A stretch of DNA of 64,000 nt from Mobula hypostoma. Lineage: Eukaryota. Shown here piece by piece: positions 40,680 through 53,149 of this stretch. The position numbers were made by a program, and so were the translations under genes. Below the pieces are notes generated by a model. The model did no database searches and was not told the origin of the DNA. It saw nothing but the letters and a program-made list of their open reading frames with translations. The stretch lies in contig NC_086097.1 in the NCBI RefSeq assembly GCF_963921235.1, positions 87,360,001-87,424,000 on the forward strand, given 5' to 3'. Each line of letters starts with the position of its first letter. Position 1 is the stretch's first letter.

Positions 40680-41118
40680 AGATTGGGAGGGCTTTGCCAG
40701 TGATGGACTGGGCTATATCCACCTCTTTCTGTAGTCTTTTCCATTCCAGGGCACTGGAGTTTCCATGCCAGACCATAATACAATCAGTTAGGATACCCTC
40801 CACTGCTCATCTACAGAAGTTTATCTGTTTTTGGAGACATACGCAAACTTCTACGAAAGTAGAGGTGCTATCGTGCCTTCTTTGTGATGACATTTATACA
40901 CCAGTCCCAGGACAGATCCTCTGAAATGTTAACACGAAGGAGTTTAAAACTACTGACCACTGACCCTCTCCACCTCCAATCCTCTAATGCGGACTGGCTC
41001 ATGAACCCCCAGCTTCCTGCTCCTGTTGTTAATAAGCAGCTCTTTTCATTTTGCTGATGTTGGGTGAGAAGTTGTTGTTGTGGCACCACTCAACTAGCTT
41101 TCCAATATCCCTCCTGTA
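40680..41118 (-). mobile_element. Rex1/Babar fragment
   Basis: EGILTDCIMVWHGN...LQKEVDIAQSITGKALP. Confidence 0.8.
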
Positions 41119-41666
41119 TGTCATACCAAGAAAGGAGACGGCCAGTCATCTTAGTGTGGAGGAGAAACTAGGACAATATCTTCCCACTAACTGTCAATCA
41201 AACTAATCAAACAAAATATATACATTCAAAAACTATTTTAAAAATCAGTGAAACAACTAAAAAATTAATACTGTATATAAGAAATAAAATAATCAAAACT
41301 TTGAGCACTACACTAAATAAACTTTAAAAGGTGTAAATTAGCTTACTGAAATACAAATTATGTCCTTCCACCCATTGCTTTGTGGTGAAATTAATGCATT
41401 GGCTAAGTCTGTATCCGGTCTAACCTGCAGTATATACAGTTGAAGTCAGAAGTTTACATACACTTTAGCCAAATACATTTAAACTCAGTTTTTCACAATT
41501 CCTGACTTTTAATCCTAGAAAACATTCCCTGTCTTAGGTCAGTTAGGATCACTACTTTATTTTAAGAATGTGAAATGTCAGAATAATAGTAGAGAGAATG
41601 ATTTATTTCAGCTGTTATTTCTTTCATCACTTTCCTAGTGGATCAGAAGTTTACATACACTTTGTT

Positions 41667-42618
41667 AGTATTTGGTAGTTTTGCCTTTAAATTTTTAATT
41701 TGGGTCAGACGTTTTGGGTCGCCTTCCACAAGCTTCTCACAATAAGTTGCTGGAATTTTGTTCCATTCCTCCAGACAGAACTGGTGTAACTGAGTCAGGT
41801 TTGTAGGCCTCCTTACACGCACACGCTTTTTCAGTTCTGCCCACAAATTTTCTATCAGTTTGAGGTCAGGGCTTTGTGATGACCACTCCAATACCTTGAC
41901 TTTGTTGTCCTTAAGCAATTTTTCCACAACTTTGGAGGTATGCTTGGGGTCATTGTCCATTTGGAAGACTCATTTGCGACCGAGCTTTAACTTCCTGGCT
42001 GATGTCCTGAGATGTTGCTTCAATATATCCACATAATTTTCCTTCCTCATGATGCCATCTATTTTGTGAAGTGCACCAGTCCCTCCTGCAGCAAAGCACC
42101 CCCACAACATGATGCTGCCACCCCCATTCTTCACAGTTGGGATGGTGATCTTCAGTTTGCAAGCCTCACCCTTTTTCCTCCAAACATAACGATGGTCATT
42201 ATGGCCAAACAGTTCAATTTTTGTATCATCAGACCAGAGGACATTTCTCCACAAAGTAAGATCTTTGTCCCCATGTGCACTTGCAAACTGTAGTCTGGCT
42301 TTTTTATGGCGGTTTTGGAGCAGTGGCTTCTTCCTTACCGAGCAGCCTTTTAGGTTATGTCGATATAGGACTCATTTTACTGTGGATATAGATACTTGCC
42401 TACCTGTTTCCTCCAGCATCTTCACAAGGTCATTTGCTGTTGCTTTGGGATTAATTAGCACTTTTCATGCCAGATTACGTTTATCTCTAGGAGACAGAAT
42501 GCGTCTCCTTCCTAAGTGGTACGACGGCTGCGTTGTCCCAAGGTTTTTATACTTGTGTACAGATGAACGTGGTACCTTCAGGCATTTGGAAATTGCTCCC
42601 AAGGATGAACCAGACTTG
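41667..42618 (-). pseudogene. Tc1 DD34E transposase pseudogene (SB-like), lacking about the first 19 codons
   Basis: KSGSSLGAISK; WRNVLWSD; MDNDPKHTSK; SPDLKLIENLWAELKK; contains stops and frameshifts. Confidence 0.93.
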
Positions 42619-42852
42619 ACATCATTTTCTGACCTCAGTCCAATAGAAAATTTGTGGGCAGAACTGAAAAAGCATGTGTGAGCAGGGAGGCCTCCAAACC
42701 TGACTCAGTTACACCAGTTCTGTCTGGATGAATGGAACAAATCTTCCAGCAATGTACTGTGAGAAGCTTGTGGAAGGCAACCGAAAATGTTTGACCCAAG
42801 TTAAACAATTTAAAGGCAATGCTACCAAATACTAACAAAGTGACAACTAACA

Positions 42853-44084
42853 AACTATGAAAATGGACAAGGGAGAGTCAGTGGATGTGGTGTACCTGGA
42901 CTTTCAGAAAGCCTTTGATAAAGTCCCACATAGGAGATTAGTGGGCAAAATTAGGGCACATGTTATTGGGGGCAGAGTACTGACATGGATTGAAAATTGG
43001 CTGGCTGACAGAAAACAAAGAGTAGCGTTTAAAGGGTCCCTTTCGGAATGGCAGGCGGTGACTAGTGGGGTACTGCAGGGTTCGGTGCTGGGACCGCAGC
43101 TGTTTACAATATATATTAATGATTTAGATGGGGGAATTAAAAGTAACATTAGCAAATTTGCCGATGACACAAAGCTGGGTGGCAATGTGAAATGTGAGGA
43201 GGATGTTATGAGAATGGAGGGTGACTTTGACAGGCTGGGTGAGTGGGCAGATGCATGGCAGATGCAGTTTAATGTGGATAAGTGTGAGATTATCCACTTT
43301 GGTGGTAAGAACGGGAAGGCAGATTATTATCTAAATGGAGTCAAGTTAGGAAAAGGGGAAGCACAACGAGATCTAGGTGTTCTTGTACATCAGTCACTGA
43401 AAGCAAGCATTGAAGTACAGTAGGCAGTGAAGAAATCTAATGGCATGTTGGCCTTCATAACAAGGGGAATTGAGTATAAGAGCAAAGAGGTTCTTCTGCA
43501 GCTGTACAGGGCCCTGGTGAGACCACACCTGGAGTACTGTGTGCAGCTTTGGTCTCCAAATTTGAGGAAGGACATTCTTGCTATTGAGGGAGTGCAGCCT
43601 AGGTTCACAAGGTTAATTCCCGGGATGGCGGGACTGTCATATGTCAAAAGATTGGAGCAACTGGACTTGTATACTCTGGAATTTAGAAGGTTGAGAGGGG
43701 ATCTTATTGAAACATGTAAGATTATTAAGGGATTGGACACGCTGGAGGCAGAAAGCATGTTTCCGCTGATGGGTGAGTCCAGAACCAGAGGCCACAGTTT
43801 AAGAATTAGGAGTAGGCCATTTAGAATGTTGAGGAAAAACTTTTTCACCCAGAGAGTGGTGGATATATGGAATGCTCTGCCCCAGAAGGCTGTGGAGGCC
43901 AAGTCTCTGGATGCTTCCAAAAAAGAGATGGATAGAGCTCTTAAAGATAGCAGAACCAAAGATTATGGGGATAAGGCAGGAACTGGATACTGATTGTGGA
44001 TGATCAGCCATGATCACAGTGAATGGTGGTGCTGGCTCGAAGGGCCGAATGGCCTACTTCTGCACCTATTGTCTATTGTCTATT
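42853..44084 (+). mobile_element. CR1 family A 3' part inserted at the inner DR of the right transposon end
   Basis: ORFs 42857-43423 and 43427-43993; (ATTGTCT)n tail; near-identical by eye to the reverse complement of 2645-3865. Confidence 0.96.
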
Positions 44085-45640
44085 GTATGTAAACTTCTGA
44101 CCCACTGGGAAAGTGATGAAAGAAATAAAAGCTGAAATAAATCATTTTCTCTACTGTTATTCTGACATTTCACATTCTTAAAATAAAGTAGTGATCCCAA
44201 CTGACCTAAGACAGGGAATGTTTTCTTGGATTAAATGTCAGGAATTGTGAAAAACTGAGTTTAAATATATTTGGTTAAGGTGTATGTAAACTTCTGACTT
44301 CAACTGTAGATTGTTTGCCAAACCAGTTATTTGTGTTCCTGCTCTGCCACTGGACTGCAGTACAAGTCCAACACTGATGGGCAGTTGGAAAATCACTGAC
44401 TAAGAATGACCAGCAATGTCAGGACTTATACATTCATCCAGGAATCTTGCACTAGGTGAGCCTACCGCAGATGAATATTCCTTGTAGAGCTGCTAGCAAT
44501 TCTCACAAATTTCTTGTCCAAGGTGAAATCAGCTTTAATGATAATTGAATGAGCTATAAAGAAAGAACAAAATTCATTCAGATTACAATGATGCTCTACA
44601 GGAGGAACATAGACTCAATGATTCTATAACAAAGAAAGAACACAGTCAAAGAAGATTGTGTTTAATACAGCAGATATAGGCAAGATATTGAAGTAAAGTT
44701 ATACCAAAAAAGTTTAGAGAATAAAAATAAAGCTTGATAATGAAAATTATTGACAAGTATCTGAATAACTTCTTTACTCAAAGCATCGATCTAATTTCTA
44801 AGTAGATGATTGCTTGCATCGATCTATCCATTAACAATATTATCGTGAATATACCCTTAGGCTGTTTCAGTTTGCTACAACTTTCAAAATGATGGAGACT
44901 AAATGTTTTTGTTAGTTCCATTTTCCCATCAAATCACTTCATCCTTGGCTTCTTTTAGTGCGTAACAATCAATTATGTGGTTTGTGACTTGAGATCCTTG
45001 CGACTCATTTGCAGAGAATTTTTTTTATTACTAATTTTTTATTGCAACAACAACAAATTACATTCAATACAACCAGTTGCCAATTACATTTTGACTGTTT
45101 ATCCCAGCCACCCCCCAACCTTCATCACCATCCCCCTCCACCCCTTTCTCCCCCCCATCCTCTCCCCTCCACCAACCAACTGAATAGTAATGATCTGTGT
45201 TGCTCATCTTCCCCTGAATCTGTTGTTGTAAGTTGGTGGTGGAGCCTTGAGCTACCCTCTTCCCAGCCCCCCTCCCATCACCCCTCCCATTCAACCCTTT
45301 ACTTTGTAACATCTGTGAGTGTCACTTAGCAATGTTAAACACTGAACAATAACCGCCCCCCTCTAGCACCAACAAATTAGAAAGGCATCATAGACAATCA
45401 TATCAAAGAGGCAAGAAAAAAAACCTGGACAAACCCATTAGCCTATATAATTAAAACCATTTCCGTCTCAAATATAATATACCACATAGTCAAGACCCCA
45501 ACAGCCTCTTGCAAGAAACTGTTGTTTTAATAGACCGTCGCTTAGCGATGGCACCAGTGATAAAAACAAGTCTACTGGAGACATAACCCAAAATGATCAT
45601 GTACAACCAAAGTTATTCAGAACAAACTGCTGTTTTTCAG

Positions 45641-45777
45641 AAAACAACAGGAATTCTGCAGATGCTGGAAATTCAAGCAACATACATCAAAGTTGCTGGT
45701 GAACACAGCAGGCCAAGCAGCATCTATAGGAAGAGGTGCAGTCGACATTTCAGGCCGAGACCCTTCGTCCGGACTAA
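45641..45777 (-). mobile_element. Short Penelope pLTR tip with mutated hammerhead (45740-45775), 11-bp TSD
   Basis: TSD CTGTTTTTCAG at 45630-45640 and 45778-45788; core reads CGGACGA. Confidence 0.88.
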
Positions 45778-46080
45778 CTGTTTTTCAGCTTCATTCTTGA
45801 TAAAGTATGACATTTGGGTAGTTTGAATATCACCTTAGAAAGTATAAATCTAGGCAGACTTATATCACTTTACCATGTTATCCTTGTACTAACAAGTTAA
45901 CTGAGCCATTACCTTAAAACTCTGACCTGCAATACTCAGAGACAAATTGGCCCTTTGATTAACTAAATACAAAAGTGCAACGAATGACTTTCCAATAAAA
46001 TAATAACCGGGAAATTTCACACCTAGGATGTTAACTTGCCCGTGCCTGTTAGATTGTGCATACAGGCTGGCCTGAGCCTC

Positions 46081-47655
46081 TTAGTGCAGTTCCATCTCCT
46101 CCCGAGGGGCGTGTGGACTTTGCCCAGGGTCTTCTTCCATATCTCTCAGCACCGATGATTTCAGAGCTTCTTTCGCTTCCTCTGCCGAGTTAAACGACAT
46201 CTTCATGCCCTTGATATTCACTCTCAAAATCGCCAGGTATATGAGGAACGAGTCAATCCCCTTCTGTCGAAGCTTATTATGATTATGATTATGAAGACAC
46301 GCAGTCCCCTTTTATTGTCATTTAGTAATGCAAGCATTAAAAAATAATACAATGTTTTTCCAGAATGATAACACGAAAACACATGACAAACCGACTTAAA
46401 AACTAACAAAAACCACATAATTATAACATATAGTTACAACAGTGCAAAGCAATACCGTAATTTAATAAGAACAGACCACGGCACAGTAAAAGTCTCGAAG
46501 TCTCTCGAAAGTCCCATCATCTCACACAGACAGTGAACCTCCAGCACCGCCAACTTGCCGGTGCAGGATCCTAGAAGCATCCAACCACAGTCCGACTCCG
46601 AGTCCGTCTGAAAACTCCAAGCCTCCGACCCACCTCTTCGACACCGAGCACCGAGCACCGAGCACCATCTCTGCTGAACACTTTGACCACGGCCCCGGCA
46701 AAAGGCGATAGGCAAAGCCGAGGATTTGGGGCCTTCGTCTCCGGAGATTCTCGATCGCACAGTAGCAGCGGCAGTGAAGCAGGCATTTCAGAAGTTACTC
46801 CAGATGTTCCTCTGCGCTTCTCACGGCTGTCTCTATCAAATCCGGATTGTGCATGACCCCCTAGTTACACATAATCGATATTCATTAGGAGCGGCCGTGC
46901 ACGCTGTGTCGCACTGCCATCTTGTCCTCCTCCCGGATCTCCTCGTATCCCTGCCGTTCCTGCATCATGCCGGGGCTGTAGTCGGCGAAGAACTGCAACT
47001 GGGTGCCATCAGGGAGAGTAGGTTTGGCTTCCCTCGTGCCCTCCAGGATAGCCTGCCGGTCGGTGTACCGTAGAAGCCTGAAAACCATGGTCCGCCGTCT
47101 TGAGGTGTTGTTGGAAAAGATCCTATGTGCTCTATCGATCTCCAATGGAGTGCTGTGGGAATTCTTGAGCACTGGAATCCAATTAGGCAGCATCTCCTGG
47201 AGGTAACCTCTTGGATAGTCGCCTTCAGCGCCTGTCGGTAAGTTGACCAGCCGCACATTGTTTCTCCTGGATCTGTCCTCCAAGTCATTTAGCTTCTTCG
47301 ATATCTTGGTCACCTCTGCGAGACAGGAGTTAGTAACTTTCTCATTCTTACATAAGCAAACCTGAATGTTGTCTATTTTGTTGAAGACCATGCTAAATTT
47401 TTTAGCATGAATGTCCGCTTGCTCCTTTAACGACCGGAGAATGTTGCCATTCTCTGCCATATGCTTCTGTATGGGGTCGAGAGCCTTTTCCAGTGACTCC
47501 TTTAGCATGTGGACTACAGTTTCTTGCAGCAATTCCATCTCCGTTGTCATTGTTTGCTTAATTAGCATAGCTATTTCCTCGGATGAATCACTAGCTTGGT
47601 GTCATCTGCTGGTATCTTGTTTCCTGGTTGAATTTCAATCTTTTTTTGAGGTCAT
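46081..47655 (-). pseudogene. L1 ORF1p (coiled-coil, RRM, CTD), split by an insertion at 46276-46932
   Basis: MTSKKD*...LNDLEDRSRRNNVRLVNLP...LEIDRAHR...FFADYS...YEEIR | KLRQKGIDSFLIYLAILRV...EEMELH*; two TGA stops near the N-terminus. Confidence 0.92.
46276..46932 (-). mobile_element. Non-autonomous retroelement, copy 2 (same family as 38030-38716), (ATAATC)n tail
   Basis: Colinear homology with 38030-38716; interrupts L1 ORF1. Confidence 0.85.
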
Positions 47656-48792
47656 GTCTTTAGTTAGATCTTTCTCCAACTCAGCCTTGTATTAAGACCA
47701 CCTATGAGCCGTAAAGAACTTCAAAAAGGAGGGTTATATGTCAGCGCTCAGTGCTGTGCTGCCATCTTGCCTCATGCCTCACCGGAAGTCCCCATTTGCA
47801 GAGAATTTCAGAAGTTCAAATGTGCCTTGTCTCAATTCTAAATGAAAAACCCTTATTTTAAGATCAAGATTTTCTAGAGTTCTAGACTTTCCATGCAAAT
47901 GTCAATGTCTACCTTTACAAGTTAAATAAGAATTTTGTATACTGCATTTCTGTTAAAACGTCTCTCAACTCCAGAGAATATGGGCTCATTCCACTCAACA
48001 GAAAGAGTTCATTTAATCTCACTAGCTCATTCCTAATAGCCTCGAATTTCTCCTTTTCAATTGTGCACTTTTTTTGAACGAGTTATTTCTTGCAACAACT
48101 GACATATCCAAAAGGCCACAGAAACAGATTTTAGTGTGAGGGACAGGAACAGGACTTAGAAAAGCTTAGGTTCAATTGGTGTCACTGAATTATTTCCTTC
48201 TGGCTCTGCCAAGCTCAGTGTTCTGTCATTTCAGCTGGGTAAGCTCCATCAGTAGATAATTTTATTCCGATCACAGTCTGTGATCAAAAACAATGACAAA
48301 CTGGGAATTCTTTGGAATTTAAGCAGAGTTCCTCCTTATTCATGACAAAGCTGTTAAAATCATTTTCACTCATATTAAAAATTTGCAGTGAATCCACTTT
48401 TGGGAAGAACTGAAGTGTAGTGGATATGTTACAATAGTATATTATTCCAAAGTACCAACAGAATAAGAATGTCCATTTCCCAGTTATTACCCATCAGTTC
48501 CCCAAACTCCTAAAGCTTTTGAGTGAAGTGCAAGGCAAAGGGAAGGGACTACTACCAAGCTGGAGGGAAAATCAGGTAGCAAGATTTATCAAGTTACTCC
48601 TTTGCAGTTCTAACTAGATGATGGCAGAGTTCAAATTGAGAGCTAGGATGTAAATGTAGGCAGGAATATCTAATTTCTTTATCTCTAATTACTAAATCTC
48701 TTTAGCACTGCAATTTGCACCAGAGCAAAATTAATGACTAGGCTAGGCATTCAGGTGTCATCTGTTGCCCAGTCAGTACCGTCTGTGTTGAG

Positions 48793-49620
48793 CTTCAAAG
48801 TTTCAAGTACATCTTATTATCAAAGAATGTATAAATTATACAACCTTGAGATTTGTTTGCTTACGGGTAGCCTCAAAGCAAGAAACCTGAAAAAAAATTT
48901 GAAAAAAAAAGACCATCACCCAATGCACAAGAGAAAGTTGGGGGGGGGGGTGAAAAAACAAACCATGCAAACAATAGAAGCTAGCAATGACATTCCAAAT
49001 CAAATTCAGTCCTTATGTCCGAAGCCCAGAGCAGCCCGAAGTAGGCCCAATGCATCGGTATTAGTTCACCATATTAGTGGACACAGAGCACAGCAGCCAG
49101 GGCAGTCTTCATAGCTTCAGGGCCATGGAGAGAGAAGTGAACATCGCGAAGAGTGAGCAAAATCGGCTCTCGCCTCCAATCCTGATACCCTGTCTTTCCA
49201 GTCTTTCTGGGCCGGTGTTTAAATTTTTCAAGCAGCATATCATACCTCACATTAGGACCCAGGTACTGCTGCAGCGAAAGGCTCTGAGCCTAGACCATGC
49301 TGCCCAGCGACTCGCTCCAAGCCCAGGTTTCACCTCCCAGCCCAAAGCCGCTCACAACATCTTCAGGTTGGTTCAATGCCCAGAACGATTCAAACTCACA
49401 CCCCAGCCAGTTGTACCGGCATCAGAACTCCTCTGCCTTGACTTCTTATCTCTGAGTGGCCCACTCCATCTGCATCGATTCTGCAATGCACCAGTACAGC
49501 TTATCCCTCCAACTTGCTTCACCTTCGCTTGCCTCTTCATTGTTTGCAGTGGTAATTTGTCACAATTTACTTCAGGAAAAGGTGTTTTTTGTCAAATTTT
49601 TTTGCCTTTTGAACCACCAG
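48793..49620 (-). mobile_element. Non-autonomous LINE-derived element with a Rex/L2-like 3'UTR
   Basis: 3' end 'ttcaaag...cttattatcaaagaatgtataaattatacaaccttgagatt' also seen at 8330-8480, 26115-26370, 34515-34810 and 53150-53450. Confidence 0.55.
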
Positions 49621-49753
49621 TGATCTGTCACATGCATTCAGTAGCACCATGTTTGCATGTTCTCCCTGCTACAATGTGTGTTTCTGCCAGGTGTTGCAGT
49701 TCCCACCAATATCCCAAAGACACATGGGTCAGCAGATTAACTGGCAACAGTAA

Positions 49754-50669
49754 GGCTACGTCCACACTAGTCCGGATAATTTTGAAAAATCCAGTTACAA
49801 GTGAAAACGACAGGCATCCACACTAGGCATTTTTCAAAATATCTCTGTCCACATTAAAACGGTTATTTGGGCGAATCTACTCCTACTGGGTATGCGCAGA
49901 CACATCTACAGAAAACAAGCAAAGAGGAAATGGCATAATACTTATGTTTCCGCGGCGGCATTGTGCCATTTCCATTGGTCAAAAACTAGAGTATCCACAC
50001 CAACAGCAAAAGAAAGTTTTTAACAATGTCTTCGAGGAATACAAAGAAAACCTCTGCTGGAAAAAGCAGACCGGACTTCTTCGTTTAGACAGACAATGAA
50101 GTCAAGCTGTTTCTGCAAGTTACAAATGACTACAAAGTCAGCAAAGCAGTGGAGAATGTGGAGATGTTTAACTCCAAACAAGCTATTAAAGTAGACAATA
50201 AAGTAAACAACACACACATGAAGCCGTCCTCTACCCAAGATCAACAAGAGAGTGGAATCTTCTGCCACCAGACCTGCGCAGTATTTCTGACTTTAATATT
50301 TTTAAAGATAGACTCAATCAAATCAATTTAGGGGAACTAGTCAAAAAAGCTCACTTTACAATTTAACTCTCACGCCGTTCACACCGACTGCGCATTATAA
50401 CAGCCGTCCGGTAGTGCTTGCGCAGTACCAAGCAGAAGCAGAAAAAGCATTGTTGTTGTGGTGTTGTCATGACAGCGCTTTTAAATATCTCCGTTTACCC
50501 CGTCTAAATTACGACGCGCAACAATCGTGTTCAAATTTACACACTCTGGAGAGTGTTTTAGAAAAGCTCTGTTTTCAGTGGATGAAAATGCCTTTCAATG
50601 TGGACGAGGGTCAAAACGAAGAGAAAAAACTTTGTTTTCAAAATTATCCAGCGTAGTGTGGACGTAGCC
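49754..50669. mobile_element. PIF/Harbinger non-autonomous transposon, TAA TSD, inserted in a V-SINE (49640-50700)
   Basis: TAA|GGCTACGTCCACACTA ... TAGTGTGGACGTAGCC|TAA; Myb/SANT remnant at 50074-50163. Confidence 0.9.
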
Positions 50670-50789
50670 TAAGTTGCTCCTAGTGTATAGTGTATAGTGG
50701 AATCATCTACTCTTTGGGTGAGCCAAAGAGCATGTTTTTACGCTGTATCTGTGATTCGATGTCACAAAGTTGTCAATTTGAATGCAAAT

Positions 50790-51100
50790 AGAAATTGGAG
50801 CACCTGATTCAATGCAGTGCTGAAGTTTCAAGAAGTGCCGTCAATCATGTGATAAGTGAACCTAAAGCAGCCTGTTCTTTCAAGTATTCAAAGACGATCC
50901 CATGGCATTATTTTGAAAAGTCGTAAACAGTTTTCCCTGATATGCTTAAAAATATATACTCCTTAATTAAGATCACTCAGACACACACTATCACATTTTT
51001 ATTGGAAAAAAGCTAGACTTAAATTTGCTGTTGCATTTAATAAATCCTTCATTATCTACAATGTGCTTTTGTATCGACTAAAGCGTGAAAAGCATTATGT
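50790..51100 (+). mobile_element. Ancient Deu-domain SINE (SacSINE1/AmnSINE1-like)
   Basis: gtgccgtc...gatcccatggcattattttgaa...; tail 'gtgaaaagcattatgta'. Confidence 0.6.
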
Positions 51101-52504
51101 ATTCATTGTTTTTTTTAAGCTTTTGGAAGTTTATGAAGGAAAATTTGAGATTTGGTGACCTGGCGTACATTGGAAGAGTTATGGGGACAAGAGAGGACAT
51201 CAAGAAAACTTGTGGAAAATCCGGGGATGACGGTGTCTCACACTTCACTTCTTTGATGTAGCCTGCTTGAGAGTATCACAGCATGATGTCATACCTTGCA
51301 GCTCAATAAATGTGAGATAATATGCACCAGCAGCTGTTTTAACATCTATAATGCTGTTAAGAGTTGTTACTTTTTGGTGGGGTTGCTGGATCAATGACCA
51401 CTTCTAAGATAAAACTATTACTATTTTAACTGAAAGAACTAGATTATAAGGGCATGTTGCATAGACTACCTTGTATTCCTTCCAAGTGGAAAGATTATTA
51501 GTTCATGTAAGTCTGTATTTATTGTGCATTGCTAATCACTTCTGAACTTTGAGGAGGTAGTTAAGAGTCAATGACAATGATGGATCTGGATTCAGAATGG
51601 GTAAGAATGACAGATGTCATTCCCTGAAGGATATTAGTAAACCAGATGGAGATTTTTCAGCAATCTAATAGTCTCATGGCCATTGTTAGAGACTAATCGT
51701 TCTTCATTAATGAGTGGTTTAATTATTTTATTTAAGAGTATTAAACAGTAGATTGAATGAAAGAATTTTCTCAGGCAGGCAAGTTCTAGACAAGCAACAA
51801 TGGGATAAAATTAGATCGTGGTCATTCAGGGTTGCACGAAGAATTCTATTTTCAAAAGATGCAAAACACAAGGTCAATTAGAAATTTCAAAACTAAGTTT
51901 ATAGGTTTTAATCAGGGAGTGCATTGGTAGGGATGGAACAAAGATCATTGTTACAGTCGGGAAGGAGGTACAGAAGCCTGAATGCACACATTCAGTGATT
52001 CCCCTCTGCCATCTGATTTCTAAATGAACATTGATCCCATGAACAATATCTTACTACTTTTTTCTTTCTGTATTTTTGCACTAGTTTTAAATAAGCTTTT
52101 AATAGACGTATATACTTAATGTAACTCAGTTTTTTCTCTATATTTATTTATCATGTATTTCATTATACCTCTGCCGTAAAATTAACAAATTTTACGACCA
52201 GTGATATTAAACCTGATTCTGATTCTGATCATGGTTGAACTACAGACCATCTGCAATCTAATCTGAAAGGACAAAATAGCATATTCATATTCATACAATC
52301 TTCTGGTCACCTTTGCTCTCTGTTTAAAAGAATATTTATCAAACTTAGAGTAAGAATTTATACAGCGCTCAGTGTCCCAAAGCAACCTAGAATTGAAGTT
52401 CTTCAAATTCAAGTCATGCGCATGCACAGCAAGCAGCCACAAACATTTGGTAATGCTGGCTGAGGGGCAAACACTAGCCAGACGACCAGGGGAGCTATAT
52501 GAAA

Positions 52505-53140
52505 AGGCAAAATATTACAGTTGCTGGAGATCTGGAATAAAAGAAAGTAGTGAAAATATCCCACTGTTCTGCAAGCACCTGTGAAGCAAAAAATAGGTTT
52601 AACATTTCAAATCATCAGCAATGGCAAAAATTGGAGATGCAAAGGATTTTAAGCAAACACAGAATTGGAAAACAGGGAAAGGGGATCGTATGGAAAAGAG
52701 ACCTTTAGAAGTCTTTAATATTTTGGAAAGCAGAATGGAGAAAGGCAGAGAAACTAGTCATTAAAAATAGCCTGATGACTCCAAACCTCCAGCAGAGGTG
52801 ATGATTGAAAAACTAAGCAAAGTTATTTGAATCTGAATGCATTGCCCTCAAAGAGGACCTATTTCCATGCCGTATCTCTCTTTGACTGATGTATTGTAAA
52901 ATCCCTGATCGAAAGATGAGGTTCTTTAAGCTTCATCAAAACAGTATAAGAGGCCATGCATGGGGAGCTCAGAGTAAAAGTGGGATAGTGAACCAAAACC
53001 ATAGGGGATTATAAACTCAGTGTCAAGCTTTGAGGCGGAATAGTTACATTCAAAACGTTGCTGCTGATCTGTTTTTGGACTCCCCAGTATTGAGACCACT
53101 TTGCCAGCAGCAAAAACAATGAAGGAAAACAACCGAAGCA
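52505..53140 (-). mobile_element. Old, diverged Penelope-like remnant
   Basis: HGLLYCFDEA in ORF 52926-53132; degenerate pLTR 'ttgctggagatctggaata...tttaacatttc'. Confidence 0.55.
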
Positions 53141-53149
53141 GTGCCTACA

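Larger units (their letters stand above)
41437..44306. mobile_element. Sleeping Beauty-family Tc1 transposon derivative with two right IR/DR ends, TA-flanked
   Basis: TA|CAGTTGAAGTCAGAAGTTTACATACAC ... GTGTATGTAAACTTCTGACTTCAACTG|TA; both ~225-bp ends resemble the SB right IR/DR. Confidence 0.93.
45022..47792 (-). mobile_element. L1-clade element with ORF1 only (HAL1-like), 16-bp TSD
   Basis: 5' GGGACTTCCGGT...AAGATGGC; A-rich tail with AATAAA; TSD CATTTGCAGAGAATTT at 45006-45021 and 47793-47808. Confidence 0.88.

Noticed and set aside
49077..49826. 249-aa ORF as a host gene
   Set aside because: Non-ATG start, no recognisable domain, and it runs across three unrelated repeats.
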